Assembly (NCBI GenBank): GCA_039208735.1
Contig: JBCCQY010000124.1
Coordinates: 1 to 27,059 of the forward strand
DNA from: Myxococcota bacterium
GTDB lineage: Bacteria; Myxococcota_A; UBA796; GCA-2862545
Length of the DNA: 27,059 nt
Reading direction: 5' to 3'
Positions 16,428-24,912 of this stretch are shown one piece after another (positions within the stretch are counted from its first letter, which is position 1; every line of letters begins with the position of its first letter). Under the pieces are notes generated by a model. That model was not told where the DNA came from. It saw nothing but the letters and a program-made list of their open reading frames with translations, and made no database searches. Both the position numbers and the translations under genes were made by a program.

Positions 16428-18175
16428 GGGACCGCCTGGATGGCGACGTCGATGGTGGTCGCGAATGGGGAGGAGGCCTCCACATCCAGGCGGTAGGTCC
16501 CCCCCCATGCATCCTGGACAAACACCGTCGACGAGCCCACCGGCGGATACCAGCCCTCCCGTTTGCCAAGCGAAGTGCTCACCCGACGATTCAACGCCGC
16601 ATCCTCAAAGAACCCAGGTCGGGGGGCTGGGGTAGCTGCAGGCAGATCGTCGGCGACCACGATCTGAAGGGCGGGCGTGCCATTTGGGTCCAGGGCAAAG
16701 ACCAGGTCCACCGGGTCCGAACGCTCCTGGAAATCCCCAAACAGTGCATCTGCAATCGTCGAGGATTGCGCCTGTAAATTGGTTCGAACAGCCGCCTCCA
16801 CGTCGGCGACCGTCAGTCCCGTCGGCAACCCTGACAGGTCGAACGAGGGGTTGGCCTGGCCCTCGTCAAAGGCGTAGGTGTCGAAGGCATGCAGGTTGAC
16901 CTCGGCCACCTCGAGGAGCAACTCCCAGATGTACTGCTCGTCGGGGGGGTCTCCAATGTCGGCGAGAACGTCGAAGGACAGGAAACCCGGCGGCGCGCCC
17001 TCTTGTCCCAGGCCTACGGTGACGGCGGGAATGAAGATCAAGAACGTGTAGGTGCGTTCGTAGACGCGCCCTTCGTTCTCGCGCCGGGCCGCATCGGCGA
17101 TGGCCCACTCCAGCGTCCAGGGCTCAAAGCTCCACACACTCTCGGTGCCCACCGGTTGTCCGGGCAAGTTGTCGTAGCAAGCCACATCGCCTTCGCAGGC
17201 GATGGACTTGGTCGGTGCCTCGTTGAGGGTAAGGCTCAAATCGACGGTGGGACCATCCACAAGCCCGGTGATGGCGAACCGATCGGGGTCGAGAAAGTCG
17301 AATTCCACCGGATCGGAGCCGGACGAGGCCACGAGATAGCCTTTGCCGCCCGCCGACAGGTCAAGGCCGTCCAGCACGGCCAAGTTCGAATCCATGGTGA
17401 GGGCCATGCCAAAGTCGTCCGCCAACACCTGGCCGAAAGGCGGAGGATCTACGTTGACAATACCAGGATGACCGTTCGCGGGGCCGAGGGTCGTGGCCAG
17501 CGTATCCAAGTCCGACAAGGCGTCGGCCAGCGTCACGGGCAGCCGACCGTCCGAACTCACCGCTGGGTGGGAGGCCAACCACCCATCCCGCAAAGCCTCA
17601 ACGAGCGCTTCGGTGCCCACCGCCAAGTCGTCCAACTCGCGCTCGAGGGTATCGGCCAAGACCTGCCCAAAGCCTCCCCCGATGTTCAAGGCGTCGGCCG
17701 TAGCCGCGACCCCCTCTAGGCTCGTGCCCTCAACCCTTGCATTGTCGGGGGTCATCGCGAGAAGACGCACCATGGCAAACTCGGGTGTGCTCGCCCAATC
17801 CGGCCCAAACGAACGGCCAAGGTCCGTAGCGGCACAGTCGAAGTCTGGGTCCGACCCTTCGAAGTTCGAACCACAGGCGTCGCGGATCTGGTCGATCGCG
17901 GCGCCGAGCAAGACTTCGGGGGCAAGGTCCAACAGCTTGAGGTCGGCCGCGATGGGGCCCAGCAGCTCCGCCACCTCGTCACGTGTCATCTCGAGCGTCA
18001 GGGGCGTGGACATCGCTTCTGCGACCGATAGCGAGACGACCCGCGTGGTCGGACTCGGCTCTTCACCCGTCGTGGGGGCCGTGGGCTCGGGAGAGGACGG
18101 CGCTTCGACGTTCGGTGGAGAAGCCTCGTCGGGCGCCCGACACGCCAATCCCAATAGTGCAACCATCGCAAACAT
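16424..18175 (-). CDS. Hypothetical acidic lipoprotein A (583 aa)
   Basis: SD GAGGTG before ATG 18175. MFAMVALLGLAC lipobox followed by a Pro/Ser/Thr/Glu tether. Confidence 0.82.
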   Translation of the reverse strand: MFAMVALLGLACRAPDEASPPNVEAPSSPEPTAPTTGEEPSPTTRVVSLSVAEAMSTPLTLEMTRDEVAELLGPIAADLKLLDLAPEVLLGAAIDQIRDACGSNFEGSDPDFDCAATDLGRSFGPDWASTPEFAMVRLLAMTPDNARVEGTSLEGVAATADALNIGGGFGQVLADTLERELDDLAVGTEALVEALRDGWLASHPAVSSDGRLPVTLADALSDLDTLATTLGPANGHPGIVNVDPPPFGQVLADDFGMALTMDSNLAVLDGLDLSAGGKGYLVASSGSDPVEFDFLDPDRFAITGLVDGPTVDLSLTLNEAPTKSIACEGDVACYDNLPGQPVGTESVWSFEPWTLEWAIADAARRENEGRVYERTYTFLIFIPAVTVGLGQEGAPPGFLSFDVLADIGDPPDEQYIWELLLEVAEVNLHAFDTYAFDEGQANPSFDLSGLPTGLTVADVEAAVRTNLQAQSSTIADALFGDFQERSDPVDLVFALDPNGTPALQIVVADDLPAATPAPRPGFFEDAALNRRVSTSLGKREGWYPPVGSSTVFVQDAWGGTYRLDVEASSPFATTIDVAIQAVP

Positions 18176-18179
18176 AGGG

Positions 18180-19565
18180 TCACCTCGACGCAAAGGTGAA
18201 ATGGGAGGTCAGCGAGGCCAACCAAAGGCCGTAGCGGCCATTGGCCAGGTCGTGATCGGAGGTCGTGACGGTTCGCGGCAGGATGCCCTGCAACTTCCCT
18301 CCGACCCACCATCCCGTTCGATCGGAAAGACGAATCTGAGTTCCGCCCTTCGCAAGCAGACGATAGCCATCAGGACTTGCGGCATCGACCGTGGCGTCAG
18401 GCGAGGCGGGCGATGCCACGCCGAGGCCAGCCACCCAGGTGGCCTGCTGCACCGTGAAGTCCAGGCCCCAGGCCGGCTGCCACTGCCGATCGATGCGCAC
18501 ATTCACCGTCTCGGGAATCCCCAATTCGGGCTGTTCAAACCCTGGACTCGTGAGCACAAGGCGCGTCGCATCGTAGCGGCGCCAATCCGCCCATTCGCCC
18601 GAGAACTGCGCCTGTAGCCCGGAGGCAAACGTATGGGCGAGCCCGAGACGGACCCGGCGAGGAGTCGCGACCGAGAAGCTTCCGTCGCCTTCGATCACCG
18701 TCGGGAACGAAAGACCGATGGGCGCCAAGTCGGAGGTGAAGAAGGGATCGTTGGTGTCGACGGTGAAACGGCCCTGGAAGGTCACCGTCGAACCGTGATC
18801 GTAGCTGGCCGCAACTCGCCAATCGCCCAGATCGACCGATGCGCCGAAGGCAAAGGTGAAGCCATGAGATATGCCGCGCCGCACTGCGAAGTCCCGAGCC
18901 AGCACCTCTTGTTCGCGGACCTCGCTCGGCGCCCGCCGGCCAAAGTCGTTGGGCTGGCTGACCGGCGGCTCGGTGATCACGTCAGCAAAGAACTTCAGCC
19001 CAGCAAAATCGGTCACCCGTGCGATCGATCCTGCGCCGAACACGTAGCTCGCGCGTGCCCCCAAGCTCACCTTGCCGAGATCCACGGCGGCTCCTCCGGC
19101 GAGGTGGGAGATGAGGAGCGTGGTGTCGCGCAGGGCGAACCGCTGGGGACCTTCTTCGGGAAATCGTAGGATGGCGGCATAGGGAACGTAGGCCCCGGCG
19201 CCGAAGGTCACCCGGTCGACCGGCACGGCGACGAAGAGATCCCCCAGCGGAGCGAACGGCGTGGCCCCCACACGGTCGGTGAGCCCGGTTCGCGACGGAT
19301 CCAGCTCCGCTGGATCAGTGGGCGCAACGAGGTTCAGCTGATCGGAAAAGCCATAATTCCCCAGACGCTCCCGGCGAACGGTGACGCGGCCGACGACGGC
19401 CCCTGCCCCCACGAGAACGCTCGGGCCCTCGACGTGGGACAGCAACGCAGGATTGTAGAACAGAGCCGCCGCGTCCGCGTTCATCGGACCACTGTTGACC
19501 GACCCGACCTGTGGCGCATCGAACCCGCCGGCCTGGGCGACCGCGATAGCAAACAGCGTGATCAT
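18180..19565 (-). CDS. OmpP1/FadL family outer-membrane transporter for long-chain fatty acids or other hydrophobic compounds
   Basis: The mature N-terminus GGFDAPQVG and the NPA motif (DAAALFYNPALL) match the FadL hatch. FGAGAYVPY and amphipathic beta-strands follow. Confidence 0.85.
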   Translation of the reverse strand: MITLFAIAVAQAGGFDAPQVGSVNSGPMNADAAALFYNPALLSHVEGPSVLVGAGAVVGRVTVRRERLGNYGFSDQLNLVAPTDPAELDPSRTGLTDRVGATPFAPLGDLFVAVPVDRVTFGAGAYVPYAAILRFPEEGPQRFALRDTTLLISHLAGGAAVDLGKVSLGARASYVFGAGSIARVTDFAGLKFFADVITEPPVSQPNDFGRRAPSEVREQEVLARDFAVRRGISHGFTFAFGASVDLGDWRVAASYDHGSTVTFQGRFTVDTNDPFFTSDLAPIGLSFPTVIEGDGSFSVATPRRVRLGLAHTFASGLQAQFSGEWADWRRYDATRLVLTSPGFEQPELGIPETVNVRIDRQWQPAWGLDFTVQQATWVAGLGVASPASPDATVDAASPDGYRLLAKGGTQIRLSDRTGWWVGGKLQGILPRTVTTSDHDLANGRYGLWLASLTSHFTFASR

Positions 19566-19607
19566 CCAGCAAGCCTACCGCACGTCGGCTCAGGCCAAGG
19601 AGACCCC

Positions 19608-20468
19608 ATGCTGGACTGGGACGACCTCCGCACGGTCCTCGAGGTGCATCGAGAGGGCACGCTCACCCACGCGGCCACGCGCCTTGCGGTGACGCGCACC
19701 ACGGTGGGCCGCCGCCTCAAGCAAGCCGAGGAACGGCTGGGGGTAAGGCTGTTTGATCGCACGCCAGAGGGCCTTTCGGTCACCGAGGCAGGACACGATC
19801 TCGTGCAAACCGCACTGCGGGTCGAAGAAGAGGTCCTCGCTTCCGAAAATCGTCTTTTGGGTCGAAAGACCGACCTGCGAGGCCCCCTGCGGATCACGAC
19901 CGTAGACTTTGTGTACGAAGCCATTGCCCCGGTGTTTGCGTCGTTTGTCGAGCGGTACCCCAGCGTCGAAGTGACGGTGCTCGATGAAGAGTCCCCGGCG
20001 TCGCTGCTTCGACGGGAGGCCGACATCGCCCTCCGGGTGGGAAACAAACCTGCAGAACACCTGGTCGGCCGACGCCTTTTGCGGTTGAGATTCGCCGTGT
20101 ATGCCGCACGATCGCTCGCGGACCGCGTGGGGCCAGGGGCCTCGCTTGCCGACTGGCCGTGGCTTCACTGGGATGAGCGCAAGGAAGAGGCCCGTTGGTT
20201 CGATCACTGGCTTGCCGAGCAGGCCCCCGGCGCTCGAGTCGTCATGCGGTGCTCCACCTTTCCTGTGCTCCGAAGGTCCATTCGTGCGGGCATCGGGGTG
20301 CTGTTCCTCCCGAAGAACCTCGGCGACGCCGATCCCGATCTTGTGCCGATCGGCAAGGATCTCGAGGGGGAAGACCGGGAGGTATGGGCCTTGACCCTCG
20401 CCGACTTGCGACCCAACCCTCGGGTGCGGGCCTTCATGGACCATGCGTACGACGCTCTGGCGGACTGA
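19608..20468 (+). CDS. LysR family transcriptional regulator
   Basis: MLDWDDLR...GTLTHAATRLAVTRTTVGRRL..EERLGVRLFDR and LLRREADIALR. SD AAGGAG at 19597-19602; start reassigned to 19608. Confidence 0.95.
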   Translation: MLDWDDLRTVLEVHREGTLTHAATRLAVTRTTVGRRLKQAEERLGVRLFDRTPEGLSVTEAGHDLVQTALRVEEEVLASENRLLGRKTDLRGPLRITTVDFVYEAIAPVFASFVERYPSVEVTVLDEESPASLLRREADIALRVGNKPAEHLVGRRLLRLRFAVYAARSLADRVGPGASLADWPWLHWDERKEEARWFDHWLAEQAPGARVVMRCSTFPVLRRSIRAGIGVLFLPKNLGDADPDLVPIGKDLEGEDREVWALTLADLRPNPRVRAFMDHAYDALAD

Positions 20469-20470
20469 TC

Positions 20471-20486
20471 CGTGCAGCCCTGCACG
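20471..20486. promoter_or_regulatory. Palindrome CGTGCAG-CC-CTGCACG, a possible regulator site upstream of 20563
   Basis: Perfect 7-bp arms immediately after the LysR stop. Confidence 0.4.
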
Positions 20487-20562
20487 CCCCCTGCCTGACA
20501 AACGTTCGTACCTCGCGAATCGAAGGGCCTTTAGGCTTGGTTCACCAAGAAGAGGATGAACC

Positions 20563-21153
20563 ATGCTTTTCCTTGCTGCCACCCTTCTATCATCCACCCC
20601 TGCGGCCGAGGCCAACGACGTTCCTCATCGCAAGCATTTCGTGAGCACCTCGCTCTTCATGATCGCAAACTTGCTCCCCAACCCTCCGAGTTTCGTTCAA
20701 GCCAACTTCGGAACACGGCTGACGAAGCGGGACGTCCTGATCGTCGAGGCGATTACCTGGACCTACGATGCGCCGTTGGGCATTCCGTGGGGGCCAGAAA
20801 AAGGCGCGCCCACCAACGCCTTTCCAGGGTTTGCCAGAGACGTTGGCGTGGGGCTGGCCTACCAGCGCTTTTGGTGGGAGGGCCTCTTCACGACGATTCA
20901 CGCCACGCCCTTCCTGCAGACGTACCACGACGAGGACGGCAAACGACTCGCCACCGGGTTCCAGCTCTTCCTCACGGCAAGGCTCGGCTGGCGCTTCGAT
21001 CTGTTCCGAAAACGGCTGTTCATCGAGCCTTCGATCGCCGCAACGGCCTGGCCCATCAACACGAACCTGCCCCGTGCGTTTCAACGGGAAGAGGACCGTT
21101 GGCCCGGCTATTTCCTCGCCGAGCCCGGCCTCAATGTGGGAGTCCAGTTCTGA
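20563..21153 (+). CDS. Hypothetical small outer-membrane beta-barrel-like protein
   Basis: Signal-like N-terminus, alternating strands (VGVGLAYQRF, LTARLGWRF, LFIEPSI) and a C-terminal GLNVGVQF ending in Phe. Confidence 0.7.
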   Translation: MLFLAATLLSSTPAAEANDVPHRKHFVSTSLFMIANLLPNPPSFVQANFGTRLTKRDVLIVEAITWTYDAPLGIPWGPEKGAPTNAFPGFARDVGVGLAYQRFWWEGLFTTIHATPFLQTYHDEDGKRLATGFQLFLTARLGWRFDLFRKRLFIEPSIAATAWPINTNLPRAFQREEDRWPGYFLAEPGLNVGVQF

Positions 21154-21262
21154 CGTCTCATTCGGGTGAAAGCGACCGACAAACCTTGATGCATGAACAC
21201 ACCCAACCACACCGTTCTGAGAACCGTTGGGGCAACGTTTTTGAATCGACTAGAAAAGATCC

Positions 21263-21883
21263 ATGAAGATCGACGTGAGCGCCGAGCGAATTGCGCAGGT
21301 GATTCGCCTTCACGACTGTGCCTACGCGTGGTTGCAGTGGTTCGATGAGCGAGGGCGCCAAGACCCCACCTTTCTCGAGCCCATCGCAGACGACCTACTC
21401 GACCGTCACCGCGCCCAACAGTGGCTCGAAGCCCACTGGGAGACGCTGCCCGAGCCTCGTCCCGACCGTTCCGAAGCCGCGCCTGTCGCGGGGTTGCTGG
21501 CCTCGTTCTTTTCGGTGTCGTTTCAAATCGCCATCGAACGAGGAGCGGACGGACGCCCCCTTCAAGCCCGCATCTTGCACCGCCCCACCTCCAAACGGAA
21601 GCAACGTCTCGGTCGAACCGAGGTCGAGGCCTTGCAGCGGCTCGCGATCGACGCCGGTCATCGGCCCCGTCGCGACGTGCTCCACACCTGGAGAGAAGCC
21701 CTCAACGACACCGACGTCGAGCTCTGGCTGTACGTGGTGGAACTCGCCTGCCGCGCCGAAGGGCGAACCCAGGGCCTTTCCGCGATGGGACTGTGGCGGC
21801 GATTGAGACTCGAGACCCGTCAGGACTTAGAGCCCGCCGTGGTGGACGCCCGAGCCCGAATGCTCGCGGCGCTGCCACTATGA
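21263..21883 (+). CDS. Hypothetical protein (206 aa)
   Basis: Protein-like composition, and it fills the gap between + strand genes. No family recognised. Confidence 0.6.
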   Translation: MKIDVSAERIAQVIRLHDCAYAWLQWFDERGRQDPTFLEPIADDLLDRHRAQQWLEAHWETLPEPRPDRSEAAPVAGLLASFFSVSFQIAIERGADGRPLQARILHRPTSKRKQRLGRTEVEALQRLAIDAGHRPRRDVLHTWREALNDTDVELWLYVVELACRAEGRTQGLSAMGLWRRLRLETRQDLEPAVVDARARMLAALPL

Positions 21884-21978
21884 CCCTCTGCGATACGGTC
21901 TTTCCCTGATTTCACCCAGGGACGGTCCAGGTTGGCTGACCTACTCCAGAGCTGCGGGACCACCGCTCTGGAGAAGCC

Positions 21979-22785
21979 ATGCGAATCCTGGGAATTGTCG
22001 TGTTGGGACTCACTGCCTGCGCCAAGGACCTTCGTCCTAAGTCGCTCAAGGCCTTTGGCGACACCGTGCCCGCGGGCGTAGAAGCGCAGGGGAGAGCCGT
22101 ACTTGCCGCGGCGGCGGAGGCTCATGGTCTCGACGCTTGGCAGCGCACCACGCAGATCGAACTCGACGTGGTCGACACCTGGCGGGTGGGATTGGTGCGG
22201 TCGATGATGACGCCCCTGCCCGACCGCGTCACCGAACTCACGTACCGCTTTGACGTTAATTCGGGGTTTGTCGGCGAAGGCGTGTTGACGGGTGGCAAAC
22301 ACCAGGGAGACCGATTTGGCGTGGCAGGGAAGCCAGGACCCGACAGCTACATCGTCTCGAAGGGCAAACGCAAGCAGAAGGGAGGGCTCGAGGCCAAGAT
22401 CTACGCCCCTTCGGTCCAGTACTTCACGGAGTTCCCGTTTCGCATCCTCGACGCAGAGCACGTGGCTTACGTGGACCGCGTTGCCTGGAAGGGCCGCCCC
22501 CATGACCGGGTCCTCGCCACGTGGGGCGGCATGAAGCCGCACATCAGCGATGATCAATACTTGCTCTACGTCGACGCCGAATCCCACACCATTTCGGCCG
22601 CGCGCTACACCATTCGCGTGGCAGGTCGTCCTATGGCGAGCGCCATCGTCTTCGACGATCTGCGTGAGGTCGACGGCATGCGACTGCCCTTCTTCCAGCA
22701 GGTCGGCTTCTTCCGCGAGGACGGCGTGCGCGAGTTTCATCGACTCGAAGTGCAGGCCATTCGAACCGGCCAGCCATCGACTTGA
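21979..22785 (+). CDS. Hypothetical lipoprotein (beta-rich, possibly LolA-like fold)
   Basis: MRILGIVVLGLTAC lipobox and GGAG SD. Motifs AAAEAHGLDAW, YFTEFPF and FDDLREVDGMRLP. Confidence 0.75.
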   Translation: MRILGIVVLGLTACAKDLRPKSLKAFGDTVPAGVEAQGRAVLAAAAEAHGLDAWQRTTQIELDVVDTWRVGLVRSMMTPLPDRVTELTYRFDVNSGFVGEGVLTGGKHQGDRFGVAGKPGPDSYIVSKGKRKQKGGLEAKIYAPSVQYFTEFPFRILDAEHVAYVDRVAWKGRPHDRVLATWGGMKPHISDDQYLLYVDAESHTISAARYTIRVAGRPMASAIVFDDLREVDGMRLPFFQQVGFFREDGVREFHRLEVQAIRTGQPST

Positions 22786-22810
22786 CGATGTCCCGATGCG
22801 AAGGCATGGT
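22782..22810 (+). promoter_or_regulatory. Putative trp operon promoter
   Basis: TTGACG (22782-22787), 17-bp spacer, CATGGT (22805-22810). Confidence 0.5.
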
Positions 22811-22814
22811 GCTC

Positions 22815-22877
22815 ATGATGATGTTCAATGCCCAGCGCTGGTGGTGGTGGTCCTTCTCCGTGGAGGTGGCTGCCTAG
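22815..22877 (+). CDS. trpL: trp leader peptide MMMFNAQRWWWWSFSVEVAA
   Basis: Four tandem TGG codons (22839-22850) in a short ORF that ends 92 nt before trpE. Alternative in-frame ATGs at 22806, 22818 and 22821. Confidence 0.88.
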   Translation: MMMFNAQRWWWWSFSVEVAA

Positions 22878-22962
22878 CCGTGCGCGCGCATCGAAGGCCC
22901 ATCCCCACGGAGTGACCGAGGGGTTGGGCACCGCCGGGTGAACTCTCCTCGACCTCGAGGAG
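22856..22962 (+). promoter_or_regulatory. trp attenuator with mutually exclusive hairpins and an SD-sequestering stem
   Basis: 22856-22875 pairs with 22895-22912. Alternative hairpin at 22897-22929. CTCCTCG-ACCT-CGAGGAG (22945-22962) buries the trpE SD. Confidence 0.75.
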
Positions 22963-22969
22963 TCCCCGA

Positions 22970-24322
22970 ATGAATCGTCTCAAGCCGCCTGCTCCCCGCT
23001 TCGACATCGTGGCGGACCTCGACACTCCGGTGTCGGCGTTCCTAAAGCTAGGTCCCCTCAAACCCCGCTACCTCCTCGAAAGTGTCGAGGGGGGAACCCA
23101 CCAGGCACGCTACAGCTTGATCGGGTTTGGGGAAGCCGAAACGATCGTGCTTCGCAGCACGGATCCGACGCCGCAGGGCGTTGTGGCGTGGCTCCGAGAG
23201 GCCCTCGGCCGCGCCCCTGTGGTGCAGGCATCCCCAAGCCCGTTTTCCGGCGGTCTCGTGGGCTTCACGAGCTACGACCTGGTGCGCCGCATCGTGGGGC
23301 TCGCGCCACGGCCGGGCGAAGGCCTCGATGCGGCGTACCTCGCCATGCGCTCAACGCTGGTGTTCGACCACGTCACCCGATGCATGGCCTTGCTCCACGA
23401 TGGGCCCGAAGACGAGGCCCGTGCACTGCGCGGGGAGGTCGAACGGCTCCTCGAGGGAGCGGTGCCCAAACCTCGCCCCCTGACCGCAGGGCCGGCCCAG
23501 GCCACCCTCAACCAGGCCAACTTCATCGACCGTGTGGCCACCGTCAAGGAGCACATTCGCGAGGGTGATGTGTTTCAGTGTGTGCTGTCTCTGGCGATGT
23601 GGGGCGAGGCGGAAGGCGACGCGTTTTCTGCCTACCGGGCACTGCGGCGGCTCAACCCGTCGCCCTACCTCTACTACGTGGATGTAGCGGGGGTTCAGGT
23701 GGTGGGCTCATCCCCCGAAGCCCTCGTCAAGCTCGACGGCGACCAGGCCACCCTGCGACCCATCGCGGGCACGCGTCCCCGAGGCAGCACGATGGAAGAC
23801 GACCTTGCCCTCGAAGCGGACCTCTTGGCCGACGCCAAGGAGGCGGCGGAACACGTGATGCTGGTCGATCTGGCTCGCAACGATCTAGGCCGCGTCGCGG
23901 TCCCGGGGACCATCCGGGTCGCCCCCAGTCGCTCGATCGAGCGCTACAGCCACGTCATGCATCTCGTCAGTGGGGTCCAAGGCACCCTCGAAGCCCCTCA
24001 TGACGCCTTCGATCTCTTTGCTTCCGCCTTCCCTGCGGGCACCGTCACGGGCGCGCCTAAGGTGCGGGCCATGCAGATCATCGACGAACTTGAGCCCGAA
24101 CCCCGCGGGATCTACGCGGGCACCGTCGGCTACTTCGGCCACCACGGTCAAATGGACCAGGCCATCGCAATTCGTACGTTGACCTTCGCAGATGGCCGAT
24201 ACCGATACCAAGCGGGCGCCGGCATCGTCGCCGACAGTGTTCCCGAATCCGAGCACGCCGAGTGCCTCGCCAAGGCCGCGGCCCTTCGAACCACCCTGGA
24301 CCAGGCGGGAGGTCCGGCATGA
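22970..24322 (+). CDS. trpE: Anthranilate synthase component I
   Basis: DLDTPVSAF, LLES, GDVFQCV, NPSPY, SSPE, PIAGTRPRG, EHVMLVDLARND, FPAGTVTGAPK and QAGAGIVADS. Confidence 0.96.
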   Translation: MNRLKPPAPRFDIVADLDTPVSAFLKLGPLKPRYLLESVEGGTHQARYSLIGFGEAETIVLRSTDPTPQGVVAWLREALGRAPVVQASPSPFSGGLVGFTSYDLVRRIVGLAPRPGEGLDAAYLAMRSTLVFDHVTRCMALLHDGPEDEARALRGEVERLLEGAVPKPRPLTAGPAQATLNQANFIDRVATVKEHIREGDVFQCVLSLAMWGEAEGDAFSAYRALRRLNPSPYLYYVDVAGVQVVGSSPEALVKLDGDQATLRPIAGTRPRGSTMEDDLALEADLLADAKEAAEHVMLVDLARNDLGRVAVPGTIRVAPSRSIERYSHVMHLVSGVQGTLEAPHDAFDLFASAFPAGTVTGAPKVRAMQIIDELEPEPRGIYAGTVGYFGHHGQMDQAIAIRTLTFADGRYRYQAGAGIVADSVPESEHAECLAKAAALRTTLDQAGGPA

Positions 24323-24912
24323 GCCACCTCGTCATCATCGACAACATCGACTCCTTTACCTTCAACCTGGTCCAGGCGTTCCGCCAGCTCCCTACGCACG
24401 TCACCGTCTTGCGGCACGATGTGGCGGTTGAGGACGTGCTGGAGCACGCTCCGAGCCACCTCGTGGTGTCGCCCGGCCCCGGCCGCCCTGAACACGCCGG
24501 CAACAGCTTGGCCATCCTGGATGCGTTCGCGCGCACCGGACGCCCCATCCTCGGCGTGTGCTTAGGCCATCAGTGCATCGCGAGCGTCTTTGGCGGCCGC
24601 ATCGTGCACGCCCCGACCCTGCGCCACGGCAAGACCTCCTCTGTCCACCACGACGAACGCGGCTTGTTCCGCGGTTTGCCCTCGCCCTTTCCCGCAGGTC
24701 GCTACCACTCGCTCGTCGCCGAAGAGGCCTCTTTGCCCGACGATCTCGAGGTGTCCGCCCGCACGGACGATGGCGTCGTGATGGCGATTCGACACCGCAG
24801 CCGGCCCATCGTGGGCATCCAGTTCCACCCTGAAAGCGTCCTCACCCCCGATGGGGACGCCCTGCTCGCCAATTTCCTCGCCCTGCCAAGCGAACGTAAG
24901 GAGGCCGCGTGA
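24319..24912 (+). CDS. trpG: Anthranilate synthase component II (glutamine amidotransferase)
   Basis: IDNIDSFTFNL, SPGPG, GVCLGHQ, RYHSL and QFHPES. ATGA overlap with trpE sets the start at 24319. Confidence 0.96.
   Translation: MSHLVIIDNIDSFTFNLVQAFRQLPTHVTVLRHDVAVEDVLEHAPSHLVVSPGPGRPEHAGNSLAILDAFARTGRPILGVCLGHQCIASVFGGRIVHAPTLRHGKTSSVHHDERGLFRGLPSPFPAGRYHSLVAEEASLPDDLEVSARTDDGVVMAIRHRSRPIVGIQFHPESVLTPDGDALLANFLALPSERKEAA

Noticed and set aside
14214..16496. 760-aa + strand ORF
   Set aside because: Antisense shadow of tetR and lipoprotein B, which have clear family or paralog support.
22897..22935. Hairpin as a classic intrinsic terminator
   Set aside because: No U-tract follows. It is kept only as part of the attenuator switch.
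22970..24912. pabB/pabA assignment
   Set aside because: The Trp-rich leader, LLES/NPSPY motifs and coupling to trpD-C-F indicate trpE/trpG.
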